The notes under the pieces were generated by a model. It saw only the letters and a list, made by a program, of their open reading frames with translations. It was not told the DNA's origin and did no database searches. A stretch of DNA of 63,688 nt from Bacteroidetes bacterium GWF2_49_14 (GTDB taxonomy: Bacteria > Bacteroidota > Bacteroidia > Bacteroidales > UBA12481): positions 1 through 63,688 of the forward strand of contig MEOR01000154.1 of NCBI GenBank assembly GCA_001769295.1. Direction: 5' to 3'. Numbering within the stretch: the first letter of the stretch is position 1; each line of letters opens with the position of its first letter. The position numbers were made by a program, and so were the translations under genes. Below are positions 45,301 through 54,011 of the stretch, one piece after another.

Positions 45301-45420
45301 CACGCTGGGATACTCCCTGACTCCAAGAAAAGTAAAACCGATAACCCCAAACAGGATAATCAGGATCGACACGACCAGGGCCAGGACCGGCCGCTTGATG
45401 AAAATTCCGGAAAAATTCAT
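42364..45420 (-). CDS. RND (AcrB/HAE1-type) efflux transporter permease
   Basis: 1018 aa. N-terminus FIKRPVLALVVSILIILFG...YPGANAEVIE, and 12 TM segments with two large periplasmic loops. Confidence 0.95.
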   Translation of the reverse strand: MNFSGIFIKRPVLALVVSILIILFGVIGFTFLGVREYPSVDPPTVTVSTSYPGANAEVIESQITEPLEASINGIAGIRTLTSSSRDGGSSISVEFQVGTDMEAAANDVRDRVSRAMRSLPPDVDPPQVVKSDADSSPIFGLSIQSDKRNLLQLSEIANNLFKERLQTTPGVSEIRIWGEKRYSIKLFIDPIKLAGYGLTPSDIRDAVNRENIELPSGRVEGYGTELSVRTIGRLSTTEQFDNLIIRETEGTLIKFKDIGRAQLMPENEKTVMRGNGKIPQVGLAIIPQPGSNQIAIVDEVKKRLEQIKKEMPEDIYVGISNDTTLSIRKAITEVEETILIAFSLVVLIIFLFFREWRTTIIPVIAIPISLIGSFFIMYLAGYTINILTLLSIVLATGLVVDDAIVVLENIYSKIEKGMSPMEAGFKGSKEIFFAILSTTITLAAVFLPIIFLQGLTGKLFREFGVVMAGAVIISAFISLTLTPMLASHWLKHAEHHNRFYTATEPFFAALITGYSRSLSAFLRHRWIAFIIMAVSIGLVTFLWPKIPGELAPMEDKSRLIISATGPEGTAYEKMDAYMAKIIDLVDTLPEKESYMGLTGMGGSGSNGGFVRITLVPPDQREKTQQEVADYLTGQLRPLTFARSFVTQEQTIGGGRNSGLPVQFVIQATSLEKLREAIPAFMEKAQANPAFQVVDLNLKFNKPEMTLRIDRDRARTLGLTLRDIAETLQLFFGGQRLGYFILNSKQYQIICQADRQYRDQPIDLSTVYVRNRQGAMIQLDNVVKIEYKVNLPTLYRFNRYISATVSASPAKGYTLSQGIEEMQKIAKEELDESFNTSLTGVSRDYAESSNTLLFAFILALILIYLILSAQFESFRDPLVIMFTVPLAIAGALISLILFSQTMNIFSQIGMIMLIGIVTKNGILIVEFANQKKYSGMNMYQAAIEAATQRFRPILMTSFATVLGALPIALALGAGARSRISMGIVIIGGLLFALILTLYVIPALYTYISGKKKKFVNPES

Positions 45421-45431
45421 GATTGTGCCGG

Positions 45432-46517
45432 TTAATTGTTTGGTTTATTTTCATTGGAGGACTTTTTGCCTCTGACTGCCACCGGAACTCCGTCATTGAC
45501 CTGCAGCAGTCCGGTAAGGATCAGGCTGTCACCAGGCTGTAATCCTTCCGTCACCTGAACATCTTTTTCGGTGCGAATTCCTGTAAATACAGGTACTGAC
45601 ACGGCTTTTCCCCCTTTTTTCAGGAAAACCTTGCTTCCGGCAATATCCCCGACCAGGGCTTCCGACGGAACCTTAATGGCATCCGGTATTTTCTCAAGCT
45701 CAACGCTTACACGGGTAAAAGTGCCCGGAACCAGTATCCTTTTTGGATTCGGGCAGATTGCCCTTACCTGAACCGTCCGGGTGGCAATGTCTACTCCTGA
45801 TTCCACAGCGTAAACCCTCCCGGTGAAAGGATCCGGGGTGTAGTCCATGCTGAAACCGATGATCATGCCCGTTCTTACGAGTGTTGTGTACTTTTCCGGA
45901 ACAGAGAACTCAATTTTGATCGGGTCGACCTGTTGGAGGGTAGCAATCAAGGTATTGGAAGGAATATAACTTCCAAGGCTTACGTTTCTCAGTCCAATTT
46001 TGCCTGATAAAGGGGCGAAAATCTGCGTTTTAGCCAGCTGGGCCTGGAGTATTTGCCTCTCAGCCTGGATCGACTTAAGGGTATTGGCGACCACATCATA
46101 TTCTTCCTGGCTGATGGCTTTTATTTCCAGTAATTGTTTTTTTCGATATTCTTCATCGCGGGCAAGATCCTCCTGAACCGAATTCTTGTTTAACTGTGCC
46201 TGAAGATCCTGGTCGTTAATCTTGAGTAATAGTGTCCCCTCCTTAACTTCCGTTCCTTCCGAAAAATAAATCCCTGTTATCCTGCCGGAAACCTCGTTTC
46301 TGAGTTCAACCTTTTCATTGGGTAACAGGGTGCCGGTGGTGTATATCATGTTTAGCATCGTGTCAGGCTTAATCACCATAACCTCAACAGCAACAGGTCC
46401 GCCGCGCCTTCCGCCGGGGGCAGGGACAGCCTCCTTCTTCTTTCCGCATCCGGTTACAGTCAGGGTCAACCCGATGAAAATTCCAAACAGTCCGGTTTTA
46501 ATAGTTCCAGCAATCAT
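45432..46517 (-). CDS. RND periplasmic adaptor (membrane fusion protein) lipoprotein
   Basis: 361 aa with lipobox LTVTGC. It has a coiled-coil hairpin, lipoyl and beta-barrel segments (IFAPLSGKIGLRNVSLGSYI). Confidence 0.9.
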   Translation of the reverse strand: MIAGTIKTGLFGIFIGLTLTVTGCGKKKEAVPAPGGRRGGPVAVEVMVIKPDTMLNMIYTTGTLLPNEKVELRNEVSGRITGIYFSEGTEVKEGTLLLKINDQDLQAQLNKNSVQEDLARDEEYRKKQLLEIKAISQEEYDVVANTLKSIQAERQILQAQLAKTQIFAPLSGKIGLRNVSLGSYIPSNTLIATLQQVDPIKIEFSVPEKYTTLVRTGMIIGFSMDYTPDPFTGRVYAVESGVDIATRTVQVRAICPNPKRILVPGTFTRVSVELEKIPDAIKVPSEALVGDIAGSKVFLKKGGKAVSVPVFTGIRTEKDVQVTEGLQPGDSLILTGLLQVNDGVPVAVRGKKSSNENKPNN

Positions 46518-46779
46518 GTTAAAAATATTATAGTTATAAGGGAAAGTGTGGTAAAAGTAGTGATTGACTCATGAAATATTAGATAGTGGTTCGTTAAAAA
46601 AGATTAAAAGCTTACGGTGAAAACATTACTTTCGATATCCTGGATGATGGAGAAAAGGTGGCAACTGAAAATAATTCAAACATTCGTGATGGTCAATGGC
46701 TGGATATGAATTATCTTGTACCCGATGAATTAACAATAGTCTCTTTCATCTATCACATGGTTGTATAAATGTGAGGTGT

Positions 46780-46809
46780 AGCCCCGTTCATTTTGAACGG
46801 GGCTTTTTA
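46780..46809 (+). terminator. Strong hairpin plus T-tract with no annotated gene upstream
   Basis: AGCCCCGTTCA-TTT-TGAACGGGGCT (perfect 11-bp stem) followed by TTTTAT. Confidence 0.6.
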
Positions 46810-46836
46810 TTAATTTCCCGTTGTAAAATTCAAACC

Positions 46837-48312
46837 ATGAAATTCATAGCTTCCATGCCTCTGGGATTGGCGGGACTTGCAACGATGACCACACTGGCAG
46901 GTTGTACCCAAAAGGAACGCCAAGACTCACCCAATGTCATTCTGATCAATATTGATGATTTGGGGTACGGTGACATCTCCTGCAACGGAGCGATCGGTTA
47001 TCGCACGCCAAACATAGACCGCCTCGCGATGAACGGCCTCCGGTTTACCAATTTTTATTCCGCGCAGGCTGTTTCAGGAGCTTCCCGGGCCGGCCTCCTG
47101 ACAGGCTGTTACCCGAACCGCATCGGACTACCTGGGGCGCCCAATCACAATGCCAGGCATGGCATTCATCCTGATGAACTGACCCTTGCTGAACTACTCC
47201 GTCAGAAAAACTATGCTACCGGTATGGTGGGAAAATGGCATCTGGGTCATCTCAGACCGTTTCTTCCACTCCAAAATGGATTCGATGAATACCTTGGGCT
47301 TCCGTATTCAAATGATATGTGGCCGGTCCGGTATGAGGGGTATGGGTATGTTCCGGATACCTTGAATCCGCTGCCGAATCAAAATCCTCCGCTTCCCCTG
47401 ATCGATGGGAATGATACGGTTGATTTTATGACTTCCCTGGAAAAGCAGGATCAACTGACAACCCTCTACACTGAACGGGCCGTGAGGTTCATCAACCGGA
47501 ACAAACGTAAGCCATTCTTCCTGTATGTGGCTCATTCAATGGTTCATACCCCGCTGGCAGTATCGGAAAAATTCAAGGGAAAAAGTAAACAAGGCCGGTT
47601 TGGAGATGTTATGATGGAAGTGGATTGGTCCGTTGGGGAGCTTGTTAAAGCAGTAAAGGAAAATCATCTGACCAGGAATACGCTGATAATTTTTACCAGT
47701 GATAACGGCCCCTGGCTCAATTTTGGCACCCATGCCGGCACCACCGGCGGTCTGCGGGAAGGCAAGGGCACTACATATGAAGGAGGACAAAGGGTCCCGT
47801 GCATCATGTCCTGGCCAGACAATGTTCCTGCCGGGGAGGTAAGCGGCCAGCTGGTATCTGCCATTGACATCCTTCCCACTCTGGCAGCCATTACAGAAAC
47901 TGCCTTGCCAGTACATAAAATCGATGGCGTAGACATTTCAGCTATTCTAAAAGGTGATTTGGATTGTGAACCCCGGAAAGTCTTCTATTATTATTACAAC
48001 CGTAATAGCCTTGAAGCCGTCAGAATGGGTCAATGGAAACTTCAGCTGCCTCACCGGTCGCGCTCCTATCGGACTGTCCTTCCCAAGGATGACGGACGTC
48101 CGGGAGCTTACGCAACGGAGCAATGCGACCTGGCACTATATGACCTGCGCAGGGATCCCGGTGAATGGTATGATGTTCAGGCACTGTACCCCCAGATCGT
48201 CACTGAAATGCAACGTCTTGCCGATGATGCCCGAACCGACATGGGGGATGATCTGACCGGCGTCATCGGAAAAAATACCCGTGAGCCCGGAAGAATCAAC
48301 AAACTAAATTGA
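46837..48312 (+). CDS. Sulfatase (arylsulfatase family, Ser-type formylglycine motif)
   Basis: The track ORF starts at 46771. The likely start is ATG 46837 (MKFIASMPLGLAGLATMTTLAGC lipobox). Motifs IDDLGYGD, SGASRAGLLTG and GKWHLG. Confidence 0.9.
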   Translation: MKFIASMPLGLAGLATMTTLAGCTQKERQDSPNVILINIDDLGYGDISCNGAIGYRTPNIDRLAMNGLRFTNFYSAQAVSGASRAGLLTGCYPNRIGLPGAPNHNARHGIHPDELTLAELLRQKNYATGMVGKWHLGHLRPFLPLQNGFDEYLGLPYSNDMWPVRYEGYGYVPDTLNPLPNQNPPLPLIDGNDTVDFMTSLEKQDQLTTLYTERAVRFINRNKRKPFFLYVAHSMVHTPLAVSEKFKGKSKQGRFGDVMMEVDWSVGELVKAVKENHLTRNTLIIFTSDNGPWLNFGTHAGTTGGLREGKGTTYEGGQRVPCIMSWPDNVPAGEVSGQLVSAIDILPTLAAITETALPVHKIDGVDISAILKGDLDCEPRKVFYYYYNRNSLEAVRMGQWKLQLPHRSRSYRTVLPKDDGRPGAYATEQCDLALYDLRRDPGEWYDVQALYPQIVTEMQRLADDARTDMGDDLTGVIGKNTREPGRINKLN

Positions 48313-48322
48313 TCGGCGGCAC

Positions 48323-48330
48323 TATTTTTG
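48323..48330 (+). promoter_or_regulatory. Candidate -7 box (TATTTTTG)
   Basis: Exact TAnnTTTG match 31 nt upstream of ATG 48362. Confidence 0.3.
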
Positions 48331-48361
48331 CTATACGGAGTAAATTTTAAATCACCAAACC

Positions 48362-48922
48362 ATGACCAAAATAACTATGTTGATTGCTACCGGCCTGATG
48401 ATTGCCGGCCTCAATTCTTGCCACAAAGATTATTGTGATTATGTGGAAGAAGCTCCGATACTATTTCAGTATGAGTATGTTAACTATGCATGGGGTTACC
48501 GCCATCGTGGGTTTCTGATCGATACTGATGGCAAGGTTTTAGGATTTGACCGGCCGAAAGACTGGAAATTCGCCGACAGCACCGGTTACTTGTCAAAGGC
48601 AGATCTTGAATTCAACCTTGAATATTGCGATACAATTTGTGGCCAGATAGATACCGATGATGCCAGACATTATTACATGAAACTTCACTCATTCGATGGA
48701 TCCGATATCAGAGATCTGGGTATCTACATGGCTGATGCCGGAACCGGGGTGCTGTCCGGTTGGGTGTGGAATGACAAGCATAAAGCCTATGAGAATATTC
48801 TTCTCAGATCAAACGGGGATCTTAATAAGGTGAATAACCATAAAGATACCGATGCAATTGTTGAATGGCTGAAAGGCATTGGTGAAAAATCAAACCGGTT
48901 CTGGTGGTTTGAATCAAATTAA
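48362..48922 (+). CDS. Hypothetical lipoprotein
   Basis: 186 aa with lipobox GLNSC. No recognised motif. Confidence 0.6.
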   Translation: MTKITMLIATGLMIAGLNSCHKDYCDYVEEAPILFQYEYVNYAWGYRHRGFLIDTDGKVLGFDRPKDWKFADSTGYLSKADLEFNLEYCDTICGQIDTDDARHYYMKLHSFDGSDIRDLGIYMADAGTGVLSGWVWNDKHKAYENILLRSNGDLNKVNNHKDTDAIVEWLKGIGEKSNRFWWFESN

Positions 48923-48942
48923 ACGATAATTCGCCAAATGTC

Positions 48943-49016
48943 TGTAGAGACGCATAATTATGCGTCTCTACACGTCATTGGCCAATTCCCCGTTGAGACG
49001 CATTATTATGCGTCTC
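48943..49016. repeat. Two related palindromic hairpin elements between convergent genes
   Basis: 48943-48972 is TGTAGAGACGCATAATTATGCGTCTCTACA, a perfect 30-bp palindrome. 48995-49016 is GAGACGCAT-TATT-ATGCGTCTC and shares the GAGACGCAT/ATGCGTCTC arms. No T-tract follows either element. Confidence 0.85.
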
Positions 49017-51424
49017 TACCATTGTACCATGATCCCTATAGTAGGCAATACCGTTCCCGACAATGAAGGAATGCGTTTCAGCTGATAGCGTGTACCATTC
49101 TCCAATAGGATGAAATTTCCGGCTTCGTTTTTCTCCCGGATAATATAATCCTGCTGCTCACCTTTGAAATTATAAGCGTTCTGAATATCAACGTACATCA
49201 TCAGGGACCAGTTTTTAAAATATAGCCGTTTGTCGACACGAATGTCCAGCTGATGAAAATCCCTGAACCGCAAGCCATTGGTTTGTGTAAAGTCGAATAC
49301 CGGTCCACCTGTTACATCCCACCCTGCTTTCAGCGAAGATGCCTCAAAGTCATAGGGTGTGTAAGGCGTTCCGCCTACAAACCGCCACTTCACTCCGGCA
49401 CTCCAGTTATTCTTAAACCCCTTGAATGCAGTGATGTTGATGATGTGCTTGCTGTCCCAGTTCGTGGGCAGGAAATCCCCGAAGACATTTTTGTATTGGC
49501 TAACAACAAATGTATAGGAGAATATCAGGTTAAGCTTCAGATTCTCTTCCAGCTTGGTCCGGTTCAGGACCTCGAATCCAAAAGCCCTGCCTTCACCTGT
49601 TGAGGTTACCTCTTCATCTCCAATGACGCCAAAATCAGCCCCTTTTGAAGCCAGGCTCAGGGAATCCCTGACTGAGAACGGATAGTTGGTGTAGTACTTG
49701 TAAAATCCTTCGAGAGTGGTCAGAATGTTATCTTTAGGCTGATACTGTAACCCGAGGATTAAATGGTCGGCTTGTATGTAGTTAAGGTCATTTTCCTTGT
49801 TGATCAAAATCCCTTCACTGTTCTTGTAGCCCAATGAGGTATAGGCAGGCAGCTGAAAGTACCGCCCGGCATTCATATTAAGGCTGAAAGCATCCGTAAG
49901 GGAGTAAGACAATGAAAGCCGGGGTGAAGTCTGTTTCAGCATATTGGACATGCTTGCCGAATAATTGTTCGCATCCATCCTCAACCCAATGGAACCAACC
50001 AAACGCGCATCCAGAAAGGTTTTGCTTACCTGGCCGAAAGCGCCCCATTTGAAAAGATTAAAATCTGTGGAATACCGGATATCAATCAATCTTCCGTCGG
50101 CATAAATTTGGGAATTCGTGTAGTTATTGTATTTGGCAAACTCACCGGAAAGGCCGTAAATTACTTTAAAATCTCCCAGGCGACTGTTGCTTTCATACCG
50201 GAAACGGTTTTCAATCTCCTGAGAGTTATAATCCAGAACCTTAGGGCGGCTTTCATCATTATCGGGATATTTATAGGAAACATTGTTCAACATGTTGCGA
50301 CTCAGGACAATCGTTTGATAGGATTTTTCCTTGTAATGCTTGTAGACACCTCCGATGGCATAGCTCCATTGCTCATTTACCGGGATGTTTGTAAGGATAT
50401 ACTCCTGGGAGGGAGTCGGATCCTTAATACCCATATTGAGCTTGAATTCATCCAGTGCACCAATCGAGATGATTGAAAGTTCATCCTTTGGGGTCAGTTT
50501 GATCTTGTATTTCATCTGGTAATCCGTAAAGGTTGGAAGGAACGGTAACCCGATGAGGTCAAAAAGAAAGCTCAGGTAGCTCCGGCGGGCCGAAAAGATA
50601 AGGGTTGAGTTTTTTGTAACCGGTCCATCCACCGTAAGACTGATCTCTGATGCCCCTATGGTTCCCCGGAATTTCAGCTTGTCAGGGTTTCCATCCATCT
50701 GGGAAAACTCAAATACTCCGCTAAGCGCATTTCCGCGATTCGCCGGAAAAGCGCCGGAATAAAAGTTGACGCCGTTGATAAAATCAGCATTGATAATTCC
50801 CGCCGGACCTCCGGATGCACCCTGAGTGGCAAAATGATTGATATTAGGAATTTCCATTCCATCGAGATAAAACCGGCTCTCACTCGGGCCGCCGCCGCGG
50901 ATAATGATATCACTGCGGAAGGATGCTCCGGAACCTACCCCAGGGAAGGAGCGGATCACCTTGGCCAGGTCCCGGTTGCTGCCGGGACTCGTTTCAATCT
51001 CGCTTACCCCAATCCTCTGCAGGGAAACAGGGCTCTCCTGGGTTTTGCGGAAAGGTGATGCCTTTACAACAACCTCTTTTATCTGCGTATCTTTTGGGTT
51101 CAACTTGATCTCGAGATAAGAAGTATTGGCATTTGTAACCTGTATTTCAGAAGAGAGTCCCATCTCATAACCGACAAAGGATGCCTGGAGGGTGATAAAG
51201 CCCGGGGCAAGGCCGGTAAAAATGAATTTGCCGTCGAGGTCGCTCGTGGTGCCAACCATGGTTCCCTTTACTACGATATTTACAAACGGAAGGGGTTCAT
51301 TGCTGACAGCATCGGTCACATTTCCTTCAATCCGGCCACTGTTCTGGCCAAGAAGGGTTACGGGCAGGAAAATCGTAAAAATTGCCAGCAGGATCGGGAT
51401 ATATATGTTATTTCTCTTTTTCAT
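49016..51424 (-). CDS. TonB-dependent receptor (CarboxypepD_reg - plug - barrel)
   Basis: 802 aa. N-terminal GRIEGNVTDAVSNEPLPFVNIVVKGT, a plug region (PGVGSGASFRSDIIIRGG) and C-terminal aromatic residues (...IMVQW). Confidence 0.9.
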   Translation of the reverse strand: MKKRNNIYIPILLAIFTIFLPVTLLGQNSGRIEGNVTDAVSNEPLPFVNIVVKGTMVGTTSDLDGKFIFTGLAPGFITLQASFVGYEMGLSSEIQVTNANTSYLEIKLNPKDTQIKEVVVKASPFRKTQESPVSLQRIGVSEIETSPGSNRDLAKVIRSFPGVGSGASFRSDIIIRGGGPSESRFYLDGMEIPNINHFATQGASGGPAGIINADFINGVNFYSGAFPANRGNALSGVFEFSQMDGNPDKLKFRGTIGASEISLTVDGPVTKNSTLIFSARRSYLSFLFDLIGLPFLPTFTDYQMKYKIKLTPKDELSIISIGALDEFKLNMGIKDPTPSQEYILTNIPVNEQWSYAIGGVYKHYKEKSYQTIVLSRNMLNNVSYKYPDNDESRPKVLDYNSQEIENRFRYESNSRLGDFKVIYGLSGEFAKYNNYTNSQIYADGRLIDIRYSTDFNLFKWGAFGQVSKTFLDARLVGSIGLRMDANNYSASMSNMLKQTSPRLSLSYSLTDAFSLNMNAGRYFQLPAYTSLGYKNSEGILINKENDLNYIQADHLILGLQYQPKDNILTTLEGFYKYYTNYPFSVRDSLSLASKGADFGVIGDEEVTSTGEGRAFGFEVLNRTKLEENLKLNLIFSYTFVVSQYKNVFGDFLPTNWDSKHIINITAFKGFKNNWSAGVKWRFVGGTPYTPYDFEASSLKAGWDVTGGPVFDFTQTNGLRFRDFHQLDIRVDKRLYFKNWSLMMYVDIQNAYNFKGEQQDYIIREKNEAGNFILLENGTRYQLKRIPSLSGTVLPTIGIMVQW

Positions 51425-51434
51425 GATCTTCAGT

Positions 51435-52187
51435 CTATTTGGTCAATTTTACGGTTGCTTTGCTGATGATAGTCAGGGCAGTGGTCATGGTTGATAGATC
51501 GGTGTACAGTTTACCATCCTTGCCGGCATAATGCCCATGACCGATCGGATTCAGATGCTGTCCGGTACCGGGATTCTCCATGTCGATGGTTACCGCGTAT
51601 ACCAGCGACGGCTGGCAGGATGTCTTATAATCCGGGTCGTTATACAAGGCATTGGTCCAGTATTCATTCCAATCCCACGGCTGGTTGATTTCCAGCAGCA
51701 GCCGGAATTTTGAAGGGAGAGACCTGGTTACTCCTGTTTTAATCACAAAATCACCGGCAGGGGTTGCGCCAGTAAATCCGTCGATCACGGGGTTGGTCGA
51801 GTCCGGCAGCAGCGGTACTTTAAAGAAATCAGACCTTTTGTGAAGCCAGTAGGGCAGGGTGGCAGGACGTTTCTGTGGACCCGGCCTGGTATCCCAGGTT
51901 TCACTGGTGAGCGGTCCATGACCAAATATTCCGGTACCAATGGATTTCGTTACAAACAGGGTCTGGATGTAGTTTTCATCCATGTCCTCAATCCAGATTG
52001 AAAATGTAGGATGGTTGTGGGCGGCTCCTTTGCTGAAAACCAACTCCAGTGCAAGATCTGAACTTGCACCCGGTATCCGGATGGTATCAGAAAGTATCTC
52101 CCCTTTGCCAATTCCTTTTTGAACCGAGCAACCGGTTAGAGAGAGGCCTGTTAAAATTGTCAGGAATACTATGGAAACTAATTTCAT
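51435..52187 (-). CDS. Lipoprotein, possibly DUF2271-like
   Basis: 250 aa with lipobox SLTGC. The segments FSIWIEDMDENYIQTLFV and IDGFTGATPAGDF resemble my recollection of DUF2271, so this assignment is tentative. The stop is 10 nt before the TonB receptor start. Confidence 0.6.
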   Translation of the reverse strand: MKLVSIVFLTILTGLSLTGCSVQKGIGKGEILSDTIRIPGASSDLALELVFSKGAAHNHPTFSIWIEDMDENYIQTLFVTKSIGTGIFGHGPLTSETWDTRPGPQKRPATLPYWLHKRSDFFKVPLLPDSTNPVIDGFTGATPAGDFVIKTGVTRSLPSKFRLLLEINQPWDWNEYWTNALYNDPDYKTSCQPSLVYAVTIDMENPGTGQHLNPIGHGHYAGKDGKLYTDLSTMTTALTIISKATVKLTK

Positions 52188-52246
52188 TTGAAAAGTTTTT
52201 AAAGTTTATGCTAGTACAAGTTTAAGAAAGTTTTGTTCAGCCAGGA

Positions 52247-52279
52247 TAAAAAAAAAGCCGGCTGGAATCCCAGCCGGCT
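52247..52279 (-). terminator. Rho-independent terminator after the M28 peptidase pair
   Basis: On the minus strand, AGCCGGCTGG-GATT-CCAGCCGGCT followed by a T-run (plus-strand A-run at 52247-52256). Confidence 0.75.
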
Positions 52280-52296
52280 GCATGAAGAGAAGCTTA

Positions 52297-53994
52297 CTAA
52301 TTCCAGGACATCTGAGCGAGTTCAAAAATACTCAGATAGCCAAGTTGAATGATTTTTAACATCTTATCCCAGTTAATCAGCTCGACATGATCGTTATACT
52401 GGTGGTATTCAGCAGGCATTCCAGCCATGAAATAATAAATCGGAATTCCTTTGGCAGCAAATGGTGCATGGTCGCTGCCTCCACCGGGCTGATCAGATCC
52501 ACGGAAACTGATTTCCAGGCCCATTTTAAGATCCGTGTTGAATTTTTCAACCAATTCCTTTGATTTCGGGAACTTATTGGAGAAATTAACGCTGATCTTG
52601 TTGTCCTGATTTTCACCGGGACTGTTCCTGGAGATCATGTCATAGTTTAGATTGCACAGGATTTTTTCCTTGTAGGGGTGTTGAACAAAATACCCTGATC
52701 CGATAAGACCTTTTTCTTCAGCGGTCCAGCCAGCAAAAACAATGGTTTTTTCTGGCTTGATCCCGGTGGCCATCATAGCCTTTGCGATCGTCATAACACC
52801 AACCGTACCTGATGCATTGTCGTCCGCACCATTGAAAATAAAGCCGTCCTGCTTGCCAAGATGGTCATAATGACCGCCGATGACGATGATTTCCTCAGTG
52901 TTTTTTCCTTCAAGGACACCGATTACGTTTCTTACTCTCACTATCCTTGAATCTACTGTAGTTTTAATCCGGATGGCCTTTCCAGCCAGATCCCGTGAAG
53001 CGGGTTTTCCGGTCTCAGTAATCTGTTTTTCAACGGCAGCAAAATCCAGATTAAGACCACTGATGATTTCATTGATCACCCTGTTAGTGACCTGGAGACT
53101 AATCAGTCCACCGTCCACCTTGTCACCCATCACACGCATTGATTTCCGAACGCGGGTTTGGGGAACATCTCCTTCATATTTGTCTGTATTGTAGCGAAAC
53201 GGTACATTAGCAGCCCATTGGTTTGTTGGGTCATTGTTTGCCCGAATTTCAATTACTCCGATTGCCCCCCGTTCTGTAGCCCATGGAAACTGCCCGCCAC
53301 CCTGACGGAATCTGGCCATCTGTGCGGCCGGATCGCCCTGGACCGGTGCAGCCGGTTTGAATTTTTCGTACGTTTTTGAGGTGGGATCCTTGGAACCTGG
53401 AAATCCTGAAAGCTTTATGACAAACTTGCCTTTAAGGTCAAGTCCTTTGAGATCATCATAGCCGTTTTTCTCGTCCACCAATCCGTAACCAACAAAAACA
53501 ACCGGGACTTCAGCCTCAAGTCCTACCTGACCTGGTGTAACTGAAAAATCAGTCTGATAATCGAAATTTACCGACCGGAATCCTGTTCCGGTTTTGGTGA
53601 CAACACTCATTTCCTGTATGGGTCCGGGAGAAGATTCAACCAGGTTAAAGCTCTGGAAGTAAGTTCTTTTCGGTTCCGGACGGGCTTGTGGTGCTGCTCC
53701 AGCTGCAGGACGAGTTCGGCGGCCTCCAAATTGAAAGCTTTCAAAGTCTCCTCCTGGCTGTAGTCCATACAGTTTAAACATGCTTGCTATATAATCAGAA
53801 GCAATATACTCCCCCTTGGTTCCCGATTCACGGCCTTCGGTCCAGTCAGAAGCCAGAAATTCCAGCTGGCCCTGGATCACCTCTTTGGTGATTGCCTGGA
53901 ATCCCTTATCCCTGGCAGATTCCTGTGCATACTGTGGAATTGCGCATAAGAGGAGCAATCCGGCAAGAAAAATCAAACGCATCTGTTTTTTCAT
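52297..53994 (-). CDS. M28-family metallopeptidase with a PA domain (copy 2)
   Basis: The track ORF extends to 54018. The likely start is ATG 53994 (MKKQMRLIFLAGLLLLCAIPQYAQ). Metal-ligand blocks GGHYDHLG, GADDNASGT, TAEEKGLIGS and HQYNDH. Confidence 0.9.
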   Translation of the reverse strand: MKKQMRLIFLAGLLLLCAIPQYAQESARDKGFQAITKEVIQGQLEFLASDWTEGRESGTKGEYIASDYIASMFKLYGLQPGGDFESFQFGGRRTRPAAGAAPQARPEPKRTYFQSFNLVESSPGPIQEMSVVTKTGTGFRSVNFDYQTDFSVTPGQVGLEAEVPVVFVGYGLVDEKNGYDDLKGLDLKGKFVIKLSGFPGSKDPTSKTYEKFKPAAPVQGDPAAQMARFRQGGGQFPWATERGAIGVIEIRANNDPTNQWAANVPFRYNTDKYEGDVPQTRVRKSMRVMGDKVDGGLISLQVTNRVINEIISGLNLDFAAVEKQITETGKPASRDLAGKAIRIKTTVDSRIVRVRNVIGVLEGKNTEEIIVIGGHYDHLGKQDGFIFNGADDNASGTVGVMTIAKAMMATGIKPEKTIVFAGWTAEEKGLIGSGYFVQHPYKEKILCNLNYDMISRNSPGENQDNKISVNFSNKFPKSKELVEKFNTDLKMGLEISFRGSDQPGGGSDHAPFAAKGIPIYYFMAGMPAEYHQYNDHVELINWDKMLKIIQLGYLSIFELAQMSWN

Positions 53995-54011
53995 AGAATT
54001 AAATATTATAG

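Noticed and set aside
40903-46517. tRNA-Asp as an integration site, with the adjacent RND efflux operon as possible island cargo.
   Set aside because: No integrase, excisionase, transposase or duplicated tRNA 3' end was seen downstream. The tRNA has its own promoter-like box and terminator. Three-gene RND operons are ordinary core content in these genomes.
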